Source: Minisyncoccota bacterium
GTDB lineage: Bacteria; Patescibacteriota; Minisyncoccia; Phycocordibacterales; UBA9973
Direction of reading: 5' to 3'
DNA: 64,000 nucleotides
Assembly: GCA_031413715.1 (NCBI GenBank)
Contig: JANOFO010000009.1
Span: 2,718 to 66,717 of the forward strand
Positions 38,271 through 49,408 of this stretch are shown here, one piece after another. A program made the position numbers and the translations under genes. The notes under the pieces are model-generated. The model was not told where the DNA came from, ran no database searches, and was given only the letters and a program-made list of their open reading frames with translations. Every line of letters begins with the position of its first letter. Positions within the stretch are counted from its first letter, which is position 1.

Positions 38271-41200
38271 ATGAAAACAATTGATACAACTGACTTTGAT
38301 TCCATCACACTGAAGCTCGCATCGCCCGAGCGCATACGAGAGTGGTCATACGGAGAGGTTACCAAGCCTGAAACAATTAACTATCGTACAGGGCGCTCTG
38401 AGCGATCCGGACTCTTTGACGAGCGAATATTCGGTCCCGAGAAAGATTATGAATGTTACTGCGGTAAATACCGACGTATTCGATATAAAGACATCGTTTG
38501 TGAAAAGTGCGGCGTGGAAGTTACACGTTCCATTGTTCGTCGTGATCGTATGGGCCACATCGAGCTTGCAAGCCCGGTTGCACACATCTGGTTTCTTCGC
38601 GGCGTACCATCTCGCATGTCTGTACTTCTCAATATTCCTGTGAGTGACTTGGAAAAAGTCATTTACTTTGCTGGCTACATTATTACAAATATTCACCAAG
38701 AAGAAAAAGATACGATCATCAAGAATCTTGAATCTGAATTCAAAGCTAAAGTTAAAAGCGCAACTAACGAAGAAGACAAAGAGAAACTCAAGGATCTTTT
38801 GACTAATACAAAGCGCGAAATCAATGATATCGTTCCAGGCAAAGTTCTCAATGAGATCGCGTATCATCACTTTGGTCTCAAGTATGGTTCATGCTTTGAA
38901 GCATCAATCGGTGCTGAAGCTATCTTTACACTTTTCAAGAATCTCGATCTGGAGAAACTCAAAACCGAGACGCTTGCCATGATTCCAAAAGCCTCAAGCA
39001 TAGAGAAAGAAAAACTTGAGAAGCGCATGTCCCTCATCCGCTCGATGCTTGCCTCCGGCATTCGTCCTGAGTGGATGTTCCTGACTGTCATTCCAGTGAT
39101 CCCACCAGCGCTTCGCCCGATGGTTGCGCTTGATGGCGGACGACATGCAACATCTGATCTTAATGACTTGTATCGCCGCGTTATCAACCGAAATAACCGT
39201 TTGAAAAAACTAAAAGAAATCGGTGCGCCTGATGTTATCTTGCGTAACGAGAAAAGAATTCTCCAAGAAGCATGCGATGCTCTTATTGATAACTCGATTG
39301 CAAAACAGAACGATTCACAAGCAATATCTGCTTCACAGAAGCGCGCACTCAAGTCACTTTCTGATAACTTGAAATCAAAACAAGGTTTATTCCGTCAGAA
39401 TCTCTTGGGTAAGCGTGTCGACTACTCTGGTCGCTCGGTTATTGTCGTTGGTCCTAATCTTAAGCTTAATCAATGCGGTCTGCCGAAACATATGGCTCTT
39501 GAACTTTTTCGTCCATTCGTGATATCTAAAATCTTAGAAACTGAACTCTCATTCAATATTCGTGGTGCTAACCGTCTCATCGAAGAGGGAATTCCGGAAG
39601 TCTGGGCGATCTTAGAAGAAGTAATTCGTGGCAAGTACGTGCTTCTTAATCGAGCGCCGACGCTTCACCGTCTTGGTATTCAGGCATTCAATCCAATACT
39701 TATTGAAGGTAATGCGATTCAAGTGCATCCTCTTGTCTGTACAGGGTTCAATGCTGACTTCGACGGAGACCAAATGGCCGTATATGTACCGCTTTCTGAT
39801 ATGGCTCAGATAGAAGCTCGTGACTATATGGCTTCAAATAAAAACCTTCTCAAGCCTCAAGATGGAGCGCCGATTGTCATGCCAAAGATGGACATGATCT
39901 TGGGTTGTTACTGGATGACAAAATCAATAGATGGGGAAAAGGGTGAAGGTCTAGCATTTGCAAGTCCGAACCAAGCCATTACCGCTTTTGATCTTGGTGT
40001 GATTACATTCCGCGCGAAAATTAAAGTTCTCGGTAGTGATAAGACAAGGTACAAAATATTTGACGGCAAACCATTTGAGACTACTGTCGGAAGGCTTTTC
40101 TTCAATAGCATTTTCCCCGATGATTTCCCATACATGAATGAAGAAATCACTATCAAACGCATGTCCCTTCTTGTAGATGAACTTATAATGCATTACGGTA
40201 TAGATGCGACTCCACCAGTTCTCGATAAGATCAAGAGCTTCGGATTCTTGTATGCGACATATTCGGGGGTAACATGGGGTATTGATAATGTTCGTGTACC
40301 CGAAGGAAAACAAGCAATTGTAGCAAAAGGACGAAAAGAAGAAGAAATTGTCCGCGATCAATTTGCCGATGGACTTTTGTCTGAAGATGAACAATATCAG
40401 AAAGTTATTGAAATCTGGGAGCATGCTAAGAAAGAGATTGAGAAGACCATTCCAGAGACGCTTGATCGAAAAGGTTCAACATATGACCTAATCACTTCTG
40501 GTGCTCGAGGTAATATGGGCTCTCTCGTTCAGATGTGCGGAATGAAAGGATTGATTGTAAACACATCAGGTGCAACATTGGACTTCCCAATTATCCCATC
40601 ATATATAGAAGGTCTTTCACCGCTTGAATACTTTATTACTACTCACGGCTCTCGTAAAGGTGCAGCTGACACGGCGCTCAATACTGCTAAAGCTGGATAC
40701 CTAACTCGCCGTCTCGTTGACGTTGCTCAAGATGTTGTTGTTACTGAAGAAGACTGTGGCACAAAACTCGGCAAGAAAATTGTCGCAGTAGATGGTGTTT
40801 TTGCCAAGCATATCCACGGACGAGTTATTATCTCGGATATTAAAGACAAAGATGGAAAAGTTGCATTCAAAAAAGGATCTTTGATTCTCAAGGAAGATGC
40901 GCGTGCTCTTGAAAAGATGGGTATAATGGAAGCGTATGTCCGTACTCCGCTTTCGTGTGAGACGACTCATGGTATCTGCCGTATGTGTTACGGTCTCGAT
41001 CTTGGACGCAACTGTATGATTGAGCTCGGCCAAGCCGTCGGTATCATCGCTGCGCAAGCTATCGGTGAACCTGGTACACAGCTTACACTCCGTACGTTCC
41101 ACGCCGGAGGTGTGGCGACAGTGGACATCACAACCGGTCTTCCTCGTGTCGAAGAAATCTTTGAGCGCCGCATTCCAAAGAATCCCGCAATTGTATCGAT

Positions 41201-41945
41201 AACTTCTGGTGAAGTTATAAGTGTTACTGATAATGGCAAAGAGAAAGTTATTAAAGTACTCTCTGATCTAACTCTAGACAATAAGCCGACAGGCAAAGCA
41301 AGTAGCAAATCTCAATCAGTACAGACAGGTAACGAAGTTGAGTATACGATTGCCTTCCGTCGTCAGCCACTTGTCAAAGTAGGGTCAAAAGTTAAAAAAG
41401 GTGATCTTCTAACTGATGGTTCAGCTGATATCAACGAAATCGTCAAATACGGCGGCAAAGAACTCGCTGAGGACTACATCGTCGATGAAATCAACAAAGT
41501 CTACGACTTGCAGAGCGCTTCAATCTCGAGAAAGCATATCGAGATAATCATTCGTCAAATGTTCTCACGCAAGAAGATCAAAGATGCAGGCGACACAACA
41601 TTCTCACCAGGTGAAATCGTCGAAGCTATTGAACTTATCGAAGAGAATAATCGCTTAGAAGCTGAAGGCGATGGTAAAAAAGCTGTTGCAGATACGATCG
41701 TACTTGGTATCACCGAGGTATCGCTTACAACCAAGAGCTGGCTTTCTGCAGCATCATTCCAGAACACCAATCGTGTGCTTATCAACAATGCCATTCGTGG
41801 CGGCGTTGACAATCTTCGTGGACTCAAAGAAAATGTTATTATAGGCAACCTCATCCCTGCTGGTACAGGATTCGGGGTAGAACGCATACGGAAAGTGAAA
41901 GAGGTAGATGCAAGTAGAGCAAGTGGAGAGAATGACTCATTATAA
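38271..41945 (+). CDS. rpoC: RNA polymerase beta' subunit
   Basis: Zn finger CYCGKY...CEKCGVE, NADFDGD, AQAIGEPGTQLT, LKENVIIG. Confidence 0.98.
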   Translation: MKTIDTTDFDSITLKLASPERIREWSYGEVTKPETINYRTGRSERSGLFDERIFGPEKDYECYCGKYRRIRYKDIVCEKCGVEVTRSIVRRDRMGHIELASPVAHIWFLRGVPSRMSVLLNIPVSDLEKVIYFAGYIITNIHQEEKDTIIKNLESEFKAKVKSATNEEDKEKLKDLLTNTKREINDIVPGKVLNEIAYHHFGLKYGSCFEASIGAEAIFTLFKNLDLEKLKTETLAMIPKASSIEKEKLEKRMSLIRSMLASGIRPEWMFLTVIPVIPPALRPMVALDGGRHATSDLNDLYRRVINRNNRLKKLKEIGAPDVILRNEKRILQEACDALIDNSIAKQNDSQAISASQKRALKSLSDNLKSKQGLFRQNLLGKRVDYSGRSVIVVGPNLKLNQCGLPKHMALELFRPFVISKILETELSFNIRGANRLIEEGIPEVWAILEEVIRGKYVLLNRAPTLHRLGIQAFNPILIEGNAIQVHPLVCTGFNADFDGDQMAVYVPLSDMAQIEARDYMASNKNLLKPQDGAPIVMPKMDMILGCYWMTKSIDGEKGEGLAFASPNQAITAFDLGVITFRAKIKVLGSDKTRYKIFDGKPFETTVGRLFFNSIFPDDFPYMNEEITIKRMSLLVDELIMHYGIDATPPVLDKIKSFGFLYATYSGVTWGIDNVRVPEGKQAIVAKGRKEEEIVRDQFADGLLSEDEQYQKVIEIWEHAKKEIEKTIPETLDRKGSTYDLITSGARGNMGSLVQMCGMKGLIVNTSGATLDFPIIPSYIEGLSPLEYFITTHGSRKGAADTALNTAKAGYLTRRLVDVAQDVVVTEEDCGTKLGKKIVAVDGVFAKHIHGRVIISDIKDKDGKVAFKKGSLILKEDARALEKMGIMEAYVRTPLSCETTHGICRMCYGLDLGRNCMIELGQAVGIIAAQAIGEPGTQLTLRTFHAGGVATVDITTGLPRVEEIFERRIPKNPAIVSITSGEVISVTDNGKEKVIKVLSDLTLDNKPTGKASSKSQSVQTGNEVEYTIAFRRQPLVKVGSKVKKGDLLTDGSADINEIVKYGGKELAEDYIVDEINKVYDLQSASISRKHIEIIIRQMFSRKKIKDAGDTTFSPGEIVEAIELIEENNRLEAEGDGKKAVADTIVLGITEVSLTTKSWLSAASFQNTNRVLINNAIRGGVDNLRGLKENVIIGNLIPAGTGFGVERIRKVKEVDASRASGENDSL

Positions 41946-41966
41946 TTAAATAGAATATAGGGCTAT

Positions 41967-43751
41967 ATGAACGGAACTGCCCAGAAAATAAAAGAGAGAC
42001 TCTCTATCGTTGATGTTATTTCATCGTATCTTTCTTTAGATCAAGCTGGTAAAAATTACAAAGCTAAATGCCCGTTCCATAACGAGAAGACTCCCTCATT
42101 TTTCATTTCTCCTGATCGTGGTACATACTATTGTTTCGGTTGCAATGCCAAAGGCGATATCTTTTCTTTCGTAGAACATTTTGAAGGAACTGATTTCCTT
42201 GGTGCTTTGAAAATTTTGGCCGAGCGTGCGGGAATCACACTCGAGTATGGTAGTCGCAATGAATCTCATGATGATAAAGAAAAACTCTACGCTATCATGG
42301 AAGAAGCTACGGTATTTTTCGAAACCGTATTCGAGAAAATGCCTGAACCTCGAAGTTATCTCCGTGATCGTGGACTCTCTGATGCAACGATTAAAGCATT
42401 TCGAATCGGATATGCACCTCAAGCATGGAAATCAGTTTCAGACCATTTGGTCACCAAAGGATTTTCTATTGCTGATATAGAAACTGTCGGACTCTCTAAA
42501 AAGGGGAACAACGGCTTTTATGATCGGTTCCGTTCTCGTATTATTTTCCCAATTAGTGATTCAAGTGGCAGAGTCATAGCTTTCTCAGGTCGGATTTTTA
42601 CTCTTTCTCCAGATACTAAATCTACTATTGAAGAGGCCCGCCCGCCCGATTCATTCGGGCAGGCAAAATATCTCAATAGTCCTGATACTCCACTTTTCAA
42701 CAAATCCAATGTGCTATTTGGTATTGATAAAGCAAAAGCTGCCATTCGTACTCGTGGATACAGCATTATGGTTGAAGGTCAGATGGATCTCATCCTTTCT
42801 CATCAAGCAGGGCTCACTAATACCGTTGCAGTGTCGGGTACCGCGCTTGCGGATAATGTAAACGATGAGTCCTCAAGCGAGTCTAAAATAAATAACCTCG
42901 GTCTTGTTCGCCGTCTCTCTCCAAATATTATATTTGCTTTTGACGGTGACACTGCCGGAATTAGGGCAGCAGGTCGCTCAGCTATGATCGCCCTGTCCCT
43001 CGATATGCAGGTCAAAATTGCTGTTATGCCGGAAGGGCAAGATCCTGCGGATATCATCGTTAAAAACGAAGCGACATGGAAAGATATCATCAAAAATTCG
43101 GTAAACATCGTAAATTTTCATATCAATCGTATTTGTACAAGCACTACTGATATCAGATTAAGAGGCAAAGAGATTCGCGACATTGTCTTTCCATTCCTCT
43201 CTATGGTCCTAAGTTCAATTGAACGTTCGGCATATATTAACGAGATTTATGCAAAGACCGGGCTATCCGAGAGGGCTATTATTGAAGACTTTGAGAAATA
43301 TGAACGTACAACTAATGTTAATAAAGTTGTTACGAGAGATCAAAAGGTAAGTAAGGAAGTAAAAGAAAGTATTGCCAAGTCCCGTCGAGAAAACCTTGAA
43401 CATAGACTCTTTGGTATACTTTTCTGGCAAACTGCTGATGGGGAAGTATCTAAAGAAATAAAAGAACTTATTGATTTTCTAAAAGAACGGATAACAGTAG
43501 AAACATTTGAAAAAATGAAAGAAGTACACGAACCATTCTCTGATAGGCTGGCAATTGAAGCTGAAATGTGGTATGGTAGCAAGATTGAGACGCTTACTCG
43601 TGACCTACGGGAACTCATATTAAACCTCGAGGAAGAAATCTTGCATGAACAAAAAATTATTCTGCAGCCTCTCGATACCGAAGAAAAACTTACAAATTTT
43701 AATATAATATCAAAACGGATTGAAGAAATTAGAAAAGAGCGTTCGTTATAA
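41967..43751 (+). CDS. dnaG: DNA primase
   Basis: CPFHNEKTPSF...CFGC, DRFRSRIIFPI, KYLNSPDT, VEGQMD, FDGDTAG. Confidence 0.96.
   Translation: MNGTAQKIKERLSIVDVISSYLSLDQAGKNYKAKCPFHNEKTPSFFISPDRGTYYCFGCNAKGDIFSFVEHFEGTDFLGALKILAERAGITLEYGSRNESHDDKEKLYAIMEEATVFFETVFEKMPEPRSYLRDRGLSDATIKAFRIGYAPQAWKSVSDHLVTKGFSIADIETVGLSKKGNNGFYDRFRSRIIFPISDSSGRVIAFSGRIFTLSPDTKSTIEEARPPDSFGQAKYLNSPDTPLFNKSNVLFGIDKAKAAIRTRGYSIMVEGQMDLILSHQAGLTNTVAVSGTALADNVNDESSSESKINNLGLVRRLSPNIIFAFDGDTAGIRAAGRSAMIALSLDMQVKIAVMPEGQDPADIIVKNEATWKDIIKNSVNIVNFHINRICTSTTDIRLRGKEIRDIVFPFLSMVLSSIERSAYINEIYAKTGLSERAIIEDFEKYERTTNVNKVVTRDQKVSKEVKESIAKSRRENLEHRLFGILFWQTADGEVSKEIKELIDFLKERITVETFEKMKEVHEPFSDRLAIEAEMWYGSKIETLTRDLRELILNLEEEILHEQKIILQPLDTEEKLTNFNIISKRIEEIRKERSL
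42636..42664. repeat. GC-rich REP-like palindrome inside dnaG
   Basis: gcccgcccga-ttcat-tcgggcaggc; similar to intergenic 59515-59548. Confidence 0.55.
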
Positions 43752-43785
43752 GTAAAAAGGGCCAAGCGCGATTTGGCTAAATCAT

Positions 43786-45075
43786 ATGTCTAAAAAAACT
43801 AAAAAGAAAATTATTAAAAAATCAAAAAAGAAAGCGATCAAAAAAAATATTGTCAAGAAATCTGCTAAAAAAGGAGCAAAAAAGAACGTGTCCAAGAAAA
43901 AGGTTTTAAAAAAGCCTGCAAAATCTACCAAGAAACCTCTAAAGAAGCAAAACGAGCCCAAGAAGGCAGCTAAGGGTGCCAAAGCTACCGCACTTGAGCG
44001 CAAAGCTCACGACCTTGAACAGAAATCACAATTAATGATAGAAAAAGGCAAGAAACGCGGTTTTGTGACATATGATGAAATCATAAAAGTTTTTCCTGAT
44101 ATCGAGAACAATATTCTTTTCCTTGATGAACTCTACGAGAAGCTCTCGATATCTGGTATCGATGTTCTTGAAGGTGGAAATCTTCTTGATATGGATGGCG
44201 ACACAGAGAAGCAGGCGCTTAAATACTCTAAAGATGCTCAGACGTATGACTCTATACAGATGTATTTAAAGGAAATTGGCCAGTATCCGCTTATTACTGC
44301 ATTTGATGAGAAAGATCTGGCTCGTCGTATTGAAAAAGGTGATATGGAAGCCAAGAACTTGCTTGCTCGTGCGAACCTCCGTCTCGTGGTATCTATAGCA
44401 AAAAAATACGTCGGACGTAGTTCAGATCTTACCCTTCTTGATCTCATACAGGAAGGAAACCTTGGACTATTTAAAGCAGTCGAGAAATTTGACTGGACGA
44501 AGGGCTATAAATTCTCGACATATGCTACGTGGTGGATCCGTCAGTCTATCACTCGCGCACTTGCTGACCAGTCTCGCACGATCCGTATTCCAGTTCACAT
44601 GGTGGAGACTATTTCCAAATACAAACAGGTTGTTCGCAGACTTTCTCAGGATCTTGGCCGTGAGCCACTAGTGGAAGAAATAGCAACGGAGATGAATTTG
44701 GAAGTTGAAAAGATTCACATCATTGAGCAGATCAATCAGGAAACAGTCTCACTTGAACAGCCGATAGGGGATGACGACGAAAAGTCTACTCGTGGCGAAT
44801 TCATTCCTGATGACAAGATCCTCCGTCCCGATCAAGATGCCTCACGTCGTATCCTATCTGACCAAATCAAAGAAGTTCTAGATACACTTACACCTAAAGA
44901 AAGAAAAATTCTAGAGTTGCGCTATGGTTTAAACGACGGCATTCAGCATACACTCGAAGAAGTGGGAACAGAGTTTAATGTCACTCGTGAGCGTATCCGT
45001 CAAATTGAAGCGAAGGTTCACGAAAAGCTCCGCAATAACGAAAAAATCGCAAGACTTAAAAACTACTTTGATTAA
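43786..45075 (+). CDS. rpoD: Primary sigma factor (sigma70) with Lys-rich N-terminal extension
   Basis: [53 protein letters not shown]. Confidence 0.96.
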   Translation: MSKKTKKKIIKKSKKKAIKKNIVKKSAKKGAKKNVSKKKVLKKPAKSTKKPLKKQNEPKKAAKGAKATALERKAHDLEQKSQLMIEKGKKRGFVTYDEIIKVFPDIENNILFLDELYEKLSISGIDVLEGGNLLDMDGDTEKQALKYSKDAQTYDSIQMYLKEIGQYPLITAFDEKDLARRIEKGDMEAKNLLARANLRLVVSIAKKYVGRSSDLTLLDLIQEGNLGLFKAVEKFDWTKGYKFSTYATWWIRQSITRALADQSRTIRIPVHMVETISKYKQVVRRLSQDLGREPLVEEIATEMNLEVEKIHIIEQINQETVSLEQPIGDDDEKSTRGEFIPDDKILRPDQDASRRILSDQIKEVLDTLTPKERKILELRYGLNDGIQHTLEEVGTEFNVTRERIRQIEAKVHEKLRNNEKIARLKNYFD

Positions 45076-45679
45076 AAAAACAAAAGATATTTTAAAAAAA
45101 GTTATAGCCGCTATCATTATTACTATATTAGCGATTTTTGTTGCCTTTTCAAATTCAAAAGATAAAGAAGTATTTAAAGAAGCAAATATTGAAGTGAAAG
45201 AGTTCTCTGATAGCGAAAAAACTGAAGAAGTTAACCAAAAAGACTCTTCTATAAAGGACCAGAAAGCTCGGTATTTCTCTCTTGCTGCTGAACAAATGCA
45301 AAAGGGTGATTTTAGATCATCAATTGAAAATTTTCAAAAAGTAGTAAATATTGATCCTACTAATAATTTTGAACCACAGAACATAAGAGCACTTTCAGGT
45401 GAATTATCTTTATATATAGTTTTAGGAAGAAATGGAGACATTAGAGATTCAGATAATAAAAGGATAATTGAAGTCGCGACAAAAATCATAGATTCTGGTA
45501 TTGTTAATGATCCAGATGTTGCAGGTATCTACTTTGCTAGAGGAGTAGCATATGCCGATAGTAAGCAATATGATAAGGCAATTGCTGATTTTGACCTTGT
45601 CATAAAGATTGATCCCTCTATGAGAGAAGAGGCTCTGAATTTCAGAGAAGATGTCTTAAGAGAAAAAGAAGGGTTATAG
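45068..45679 (+). CDS. Membrane-anchored TPR protein
   Basis: Probable TTG start overlapping rpoD stop; N-terminal TM; [32 protein letters not shown]. Confidence 0.7.
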   Translation: MIKKTKDILKKVIAAIIITILAIFVAFSNSKDKEVFKEANIEVKEFSDSEKTEEVNQKDSSIKDQKARYFSLAAEQMQKGDFRSSIENFQKVVNIDPTNNFEPQNIRALSGELSLYIVLGRNGDIRDSDNKRIIEVATKIIDSGIVNDPDVAGIYFARGVAYADSKQYDKAIADFDLVIKIDPSMREEALNFREDVLREKEGL

Positions 45680-45692
45680 TAGGGTAGCAACA

Positions 45693-45779
45693 GTTACTCG
45701 CGAGCGTATCCGTCAGATCGAAGCCAAAGTTCACGAAAAGCTCCATAATAACGAAAAAATCGCAAGACTTAAAAACTAC
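45693..45779 (+). repeat. Diverged duplicate of rpoD 3' end (direct repeat of 44980..45066)
   Basis: 87 nt, 8 mismatches by eye, mostly synonymous; encodes [29 protein letters not shown]. Confidence 0.9.
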
Positions 45780-45837
45780 AAGGAAAGAAATACAAAAATA
45801 AAAAGACCATTTTTTAAAAGATGGTCTTTTCGTTTGA

Positions 45838-46536
45838 TTATAGCTGTCCTGAAACTGTATCTTTCTTGTCCATCAAACCAAAGAGTAAGTCAGCATACTT
45901 CCAGAATGCATCTTCGCCTTTCAATTTAGCGACACAGTCAGCCGCAGTGAGCATTGCAAATGAATGCTGATGAAGAGGGTAGTGACGATAAATCCAGGCG
46001 GTATCTGGATTCTCCTTTACGATTCTCTCTAATACCGGATGATATCCTTTACAGTATGGACATTCAAAATCAGAATATTCTATTATGGTGACTTTAGCAT
46101 TCGGATTACCCATGACATGATCGCCTGGCTCGGAAAGTACGACATTACCAGTGTAGGGTATTGTTGCTTTACCGAGAAGAGCATCATCAACTATCTTTTT
46201 CGTATTTTCATATGTTTCTTGTCCGCGAATATCTGTTCTGGCTCCGTTTTGACCAATGACGATAGTATACGGAGTACCGCGCTGCTCTCGAGGATACGGA
46301 CTCATAGCTTTATCCACACTTTGCACGATACGAGCATTAAGAGCCTCATCATCGGTTCCCTCGATACATGCCTGCAAGCTCGCATTGGATACTCCTACCT
46401 GTTCGGATAGTGTTTTTGGGGTGGAGATGCCACTGCCACCTCGAGTGCCCAAAATACCAATCATAATAAGGACTCCAGCAACAATAATAGCTGAAGGAAC
46501 TGAAATTTGAGATTTACTCGCTGGCTTATTTTCCAT
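45838..46536 (-). CDS. DsbA/thioredoxin-fold disulfide oxidoreductase
   Basis: GNPNAKVTIIEYSDFECPYCK, YRHYPL; GTP motif placed N-terminally. Confidence 0.88.
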   Translation of the reverse strand: MENKPASKSQISVPSAIIVAGVLIMIGILGTRGGSGISTPKTLSEQVGVSNASLQACIEGTDDEALNARIVQSVDKAMSPYPREQRGTPYTIVIGQNGARTDIRGQETYENTKKIVDDALLGKATIPYTGNVVLSEPGDHVMGNPNAKVTIIEYSDFECPYCKGYHPVLERIVKENPDTAWIYRHYPLHQHSFAMLTAADCVAKLKGEDAFWKYADLLFGLMDKKDTVSGQL

Positions 46537-46660
46537 ACGTAGTATTGTATCATGACTTTTTATTGCACGCTACGAGGCAGTATATGTTATAATAAAAACG
46601 TTATTAAATGGTCTCTTTATTATTAATTTTCCACTTCTAGGTGGAATGCGAGTACACAAT

Positions 46661-46954
46661 ATGATGACATGTAATTGTAAAAGTGGATGCGGTTGCTCGA
46701 AGTTTGGGTTGGTCCTTATTATTATCGGTGGTCTTAACTGGGGCCTTGTCGGCGCAGGTATGCTCTTTGGTTCTATGCACGACATGAGTTGGAATGTTGT
46801 CCATATGCTCCTTGGATCATGGCCAGTTGTCGAAGGCATTGTTTATCTCTTGGTAGGTATTGCGGCAATCGTCAAAATTTTTGGCTGCCCATGCAAGAAA
46901 TGCAAAGGTATGGATGCTGCCCCTATGGGAACTCCTTCTGGTTCATCAATGTAA
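46661..46954 (+). CDS. DUF378 family small membrane protein
   Basis: LIIIGGLNWGLVG...WNVVHMLLG...IVYLLVGIAA; start may be 46646. Confidence 0.85.
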   Translation: MMTCNCKSGCGCSKFGLVLIIIGGLNWGLVGAGMLFGSMHDMSWNVVHMLLGSWPVVEGIVYLLVGIAAIVKIFGCPCKKCKGMDAAPMGTPSGSSM

Positions 46955-47039
46955 ATAAGGCTTTTGTAAAGCATCCTGACCATGTCAGGGTGTTTTACGT
47001 TGGATAATATGGCTTTTTATGCTATCATGCATTCTACGT

Positions 47040-48296
47040 ATGGCTTATAGTATAATCTTTTATACACTTGCTTTTTGCGCTGTATATGTCCAGGTATATT
47101 TCTTGGTGACGTTTTTAGAGAAACGTCGCTCGATTATTCGATACCCTGACACCCTTGGCCTACAATATTATCCTAGTGTGACAATTATCATACCGTGTTA
47201 TAACGAGGAAAAAACAATCGGCGCAACAGTTGAGTCACTTCTTGCACTCGACTATCCGAAGGATAAAGTCTCGATCTTTTTGGTAGACGATGGTAGTACC
47301 GATGATACGTGGAATGTTTTTAAAAGTTTTGACAATATCTCAAACATTCGTATCTTCCAGAAGGAAAACGGCGGCAAGCATACATGTCTTAATCTCGGGC
47401 TCGAGCATACAACAACAGAATTCGTCGGCTGTCTAGATTCTGATTCGTTTGCTCATCCACAAGCTCTAAAGCGCATGATGAAAATGTTTGAAGAAGACCC
47501 CAAGGCTATGGCGATTGTTCCTTCTATTATCGTCCTTAATCCTAAGAATATATTGCAAGATGCTCAGAAAATTGAGTACGAAATGGCAATTTATATAAAG
47601 AAAATGCTAGGCTTCATGGGGGGTATTCATGTTACTCCCGGGCCGCTTTCCATGTTTAAGAAAAAAGTTTTTGATGAGCTTGGACCATATCGTAAAGCTC
47701 ATAATACTGAAGATCAGGAAATTGCCCTCCGAATGCAGGAACATCACTACAAAATTGATCATTGTCCTGATGCATATGTCTACACACTTACACCAAGCTC
47801 ATTGCCGAAGCTTTATCGTCAACGCCTGCGTTGGGTATATGGATTCCTTAAGAATACAGTTGATTATCGAAGGCTTTTATTTAAAAGAAAGTATGGGACC
47901 GTAGCCTTCTTCACTATCCCATCTGGTCTCATTTCGATTATCTCTGTTCTCTTTATTTTTGGAGTGTTTTTGTATCATACAAGTAGCTTTGTCTATCATA
48001 AAATTATCGAAATCAATACCATTGGGTTCTCTCAATTATCACTTTCTGGATTCAAATTTGATTGGTTCTTCTTTAATACGAAAGCAATCGTCTTCTTCTC
48101 GATAATCCTTTACCTTCTTCTTATTACCGCTATGATCATTGGTCGTAATATTGCAAATGCGAAAAGTGGATTTTCTTTCAAGATCATTTATTTTATTCTT
48201 ATTTACAGTATCATTGCACCATTCTGGCTTTTTAGAGCGGTCCTTAATTCCGTTTTTTCAAAAGAATCCAACTGGGCACTTGAGCGAAGCACATAA
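47040..48296 (+). CDS. GT2 family processive glycosyltransferase
   Basis: IIPCYNEE, VDDGSTD, NGGK, LDSD, TED, QRLRW, flanking TMs. Confidence 0.92.
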   Translation: MAYSIIFYTLAFCAVYVQVYFLVTFLEKRRSIIRYPDTLGLQYYPSVTIIIPCYNEEKTIGATVESLLALDYPKDKVSIFLVDDGSTDDTWNVFKSFDNISNIRIFQKENGGKHTCLNLGLEHTTTEFVGCLDSDSFAHPQALKRMMKMFEEDPKAMAIVPSIIVLNPKNILQDAQKIEYEMAIYIKKMLGFMGGIHVTPGPLSMFKKKVFDELGPYRKAHNTEDQEIALRMQEHHYKIDHCPDAYVYTLTPSSLPKLYRQRLRWVYGFLKNTVDYRRLLFKRKYGTVAFFTIPSGLISIISVLFIFGVFLYHTSSFVYHKIIEINTIGFSQLSLSGFKFDWFFFNTKAIVFFSIILYLLLITAMIIGRNIANAKSGFSFKIIYFILIYSIIAPFWLFRAVLNSVFSKESNWALERST

Positions 48297-48306
48297 TATA
48301 TAAACT

Positions 48307-49038
48307 ATGGAACCATATAAAACAAACTGGGCAAAAATTTTCTTCGTTTTTCTTATCACAATTATGCTTTTTGGTATTGCTTTTGGATTATCTTATTACT
48401 TTAATAACAAGAAGATCGTAGAGCTCCGTGAGATTGAAAATAAGATCTCAATTGATCTTATGTCGTCAGAAACGCAGTTTGCGCTTCTTGAAGAACTCGC
48501 ATGTAAAGATGTCCAGACCACAGTGCTTTCAACTGAACTTAATTCACTTGCGGATCGAATCACATACAGCGAAGAGAACATCGGTACAACGAATGTCGAC
48601 GTCATCAGTCTCAAACGTTCATATTCGCTTCTGGAAATTAAGGATTATCTTCTTATGAAGAAGATTACTGAACGCTGTGGGCAAAAGCCGATATTTGTAC
48701 TCTATTTCTACAATAATAACGATTGCAGCGATTGTACGAAGCAAGGATATGTGCTGACGAGCCTCCGCGAAAAGTATCCAGACCTCCGGGTGTATTCGTT
48801 TGACTATAATCTTGACCTCTCTGCTCTCAGGGCCATGATTTCAATCTATAAGGTTCCAGATCAGTTACCAGCTCTGGTGATAAACGGCAAGGTATATAGC
48901 GGGTTTCAGAGTGTAGAAGATATAGAGAGTATTGAGCCAGCTATCCCAAAATCGCTTGTTAAACCTGAAGACGCAGTCAAGAAAACAGATACTTCCAAGT
49001 CAAAATCTGTTCCTGCACCCACAAAACCTAAGGAGTAA
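48307..49038 (+). CDS. Membrane-anchored thioredoxin-fold protein
   Basis: N-terminal TM; LYFYNNNDCSDC; LPALVING. Confidence 0.7.
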   Translation: MEPYKTNWAKIFFVFLITIMLFGIAFGLSYYFNNKKIVELREIENKISIDLMSSETQFALLEELACKDVQTTVLSTELNSLADRITYSEENIGTTNVDVISLKRSYSLLEIKDYLLMKKITERCGQKPIFVLYFYNNNDCSDCTKQGYVLTSLREKYPDLRVYSFDYNLDLSALRAMISIYKVPDQLPALVINGKVYSGFQSVEDIESIEPAIPKSLVKPEDAVKKTDTSKSKSVPAPTKPKE

Positions 49039-49408
49039 TATTGAACTCTTCTTTCAAAGTTTCTATTAGCTCATCAATTTGTGCGGGTAGATACCCGCGC
49101 TTCTAGCGGAAATGCCCGAGGCTCTTACTCATGCTTGCCCCACATCCTCCCGTTCGCGCGCACTTCTTCCGCTAATTTTAGGACGGAAAGAGAAAACGAG
49201 CGGAAACCCCCTTAATTCACAGCAATATAACAATTTTTATTGTCTGTGGTTTATAACTTTTTGTAAAAATTCAGAAACAATAGTGGCTTATTTCGGTTGC
49301 TTTTGATGTGTATTGTTTTTTAATTACAACAATAAAAATTACTACCATTTTTATTGTTTTCTGGTACACTTGTAATATAATATTATAAATTAATTTAACA
49401 TAAAAACT

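Noticed and set aside
46310-46318. DnaA box inside the dsbA-like gene / oriC call
   Set aside because: Single coding-region match; no box cluster or dnaA gene in the window
49081-49210. GC-richer segment as tRNA fragment or att site for the island
   Set aside because: Only a short palindrome (gcgggta/tacccgc); no match to tRNA-Thr 3' end and no integrase in the window
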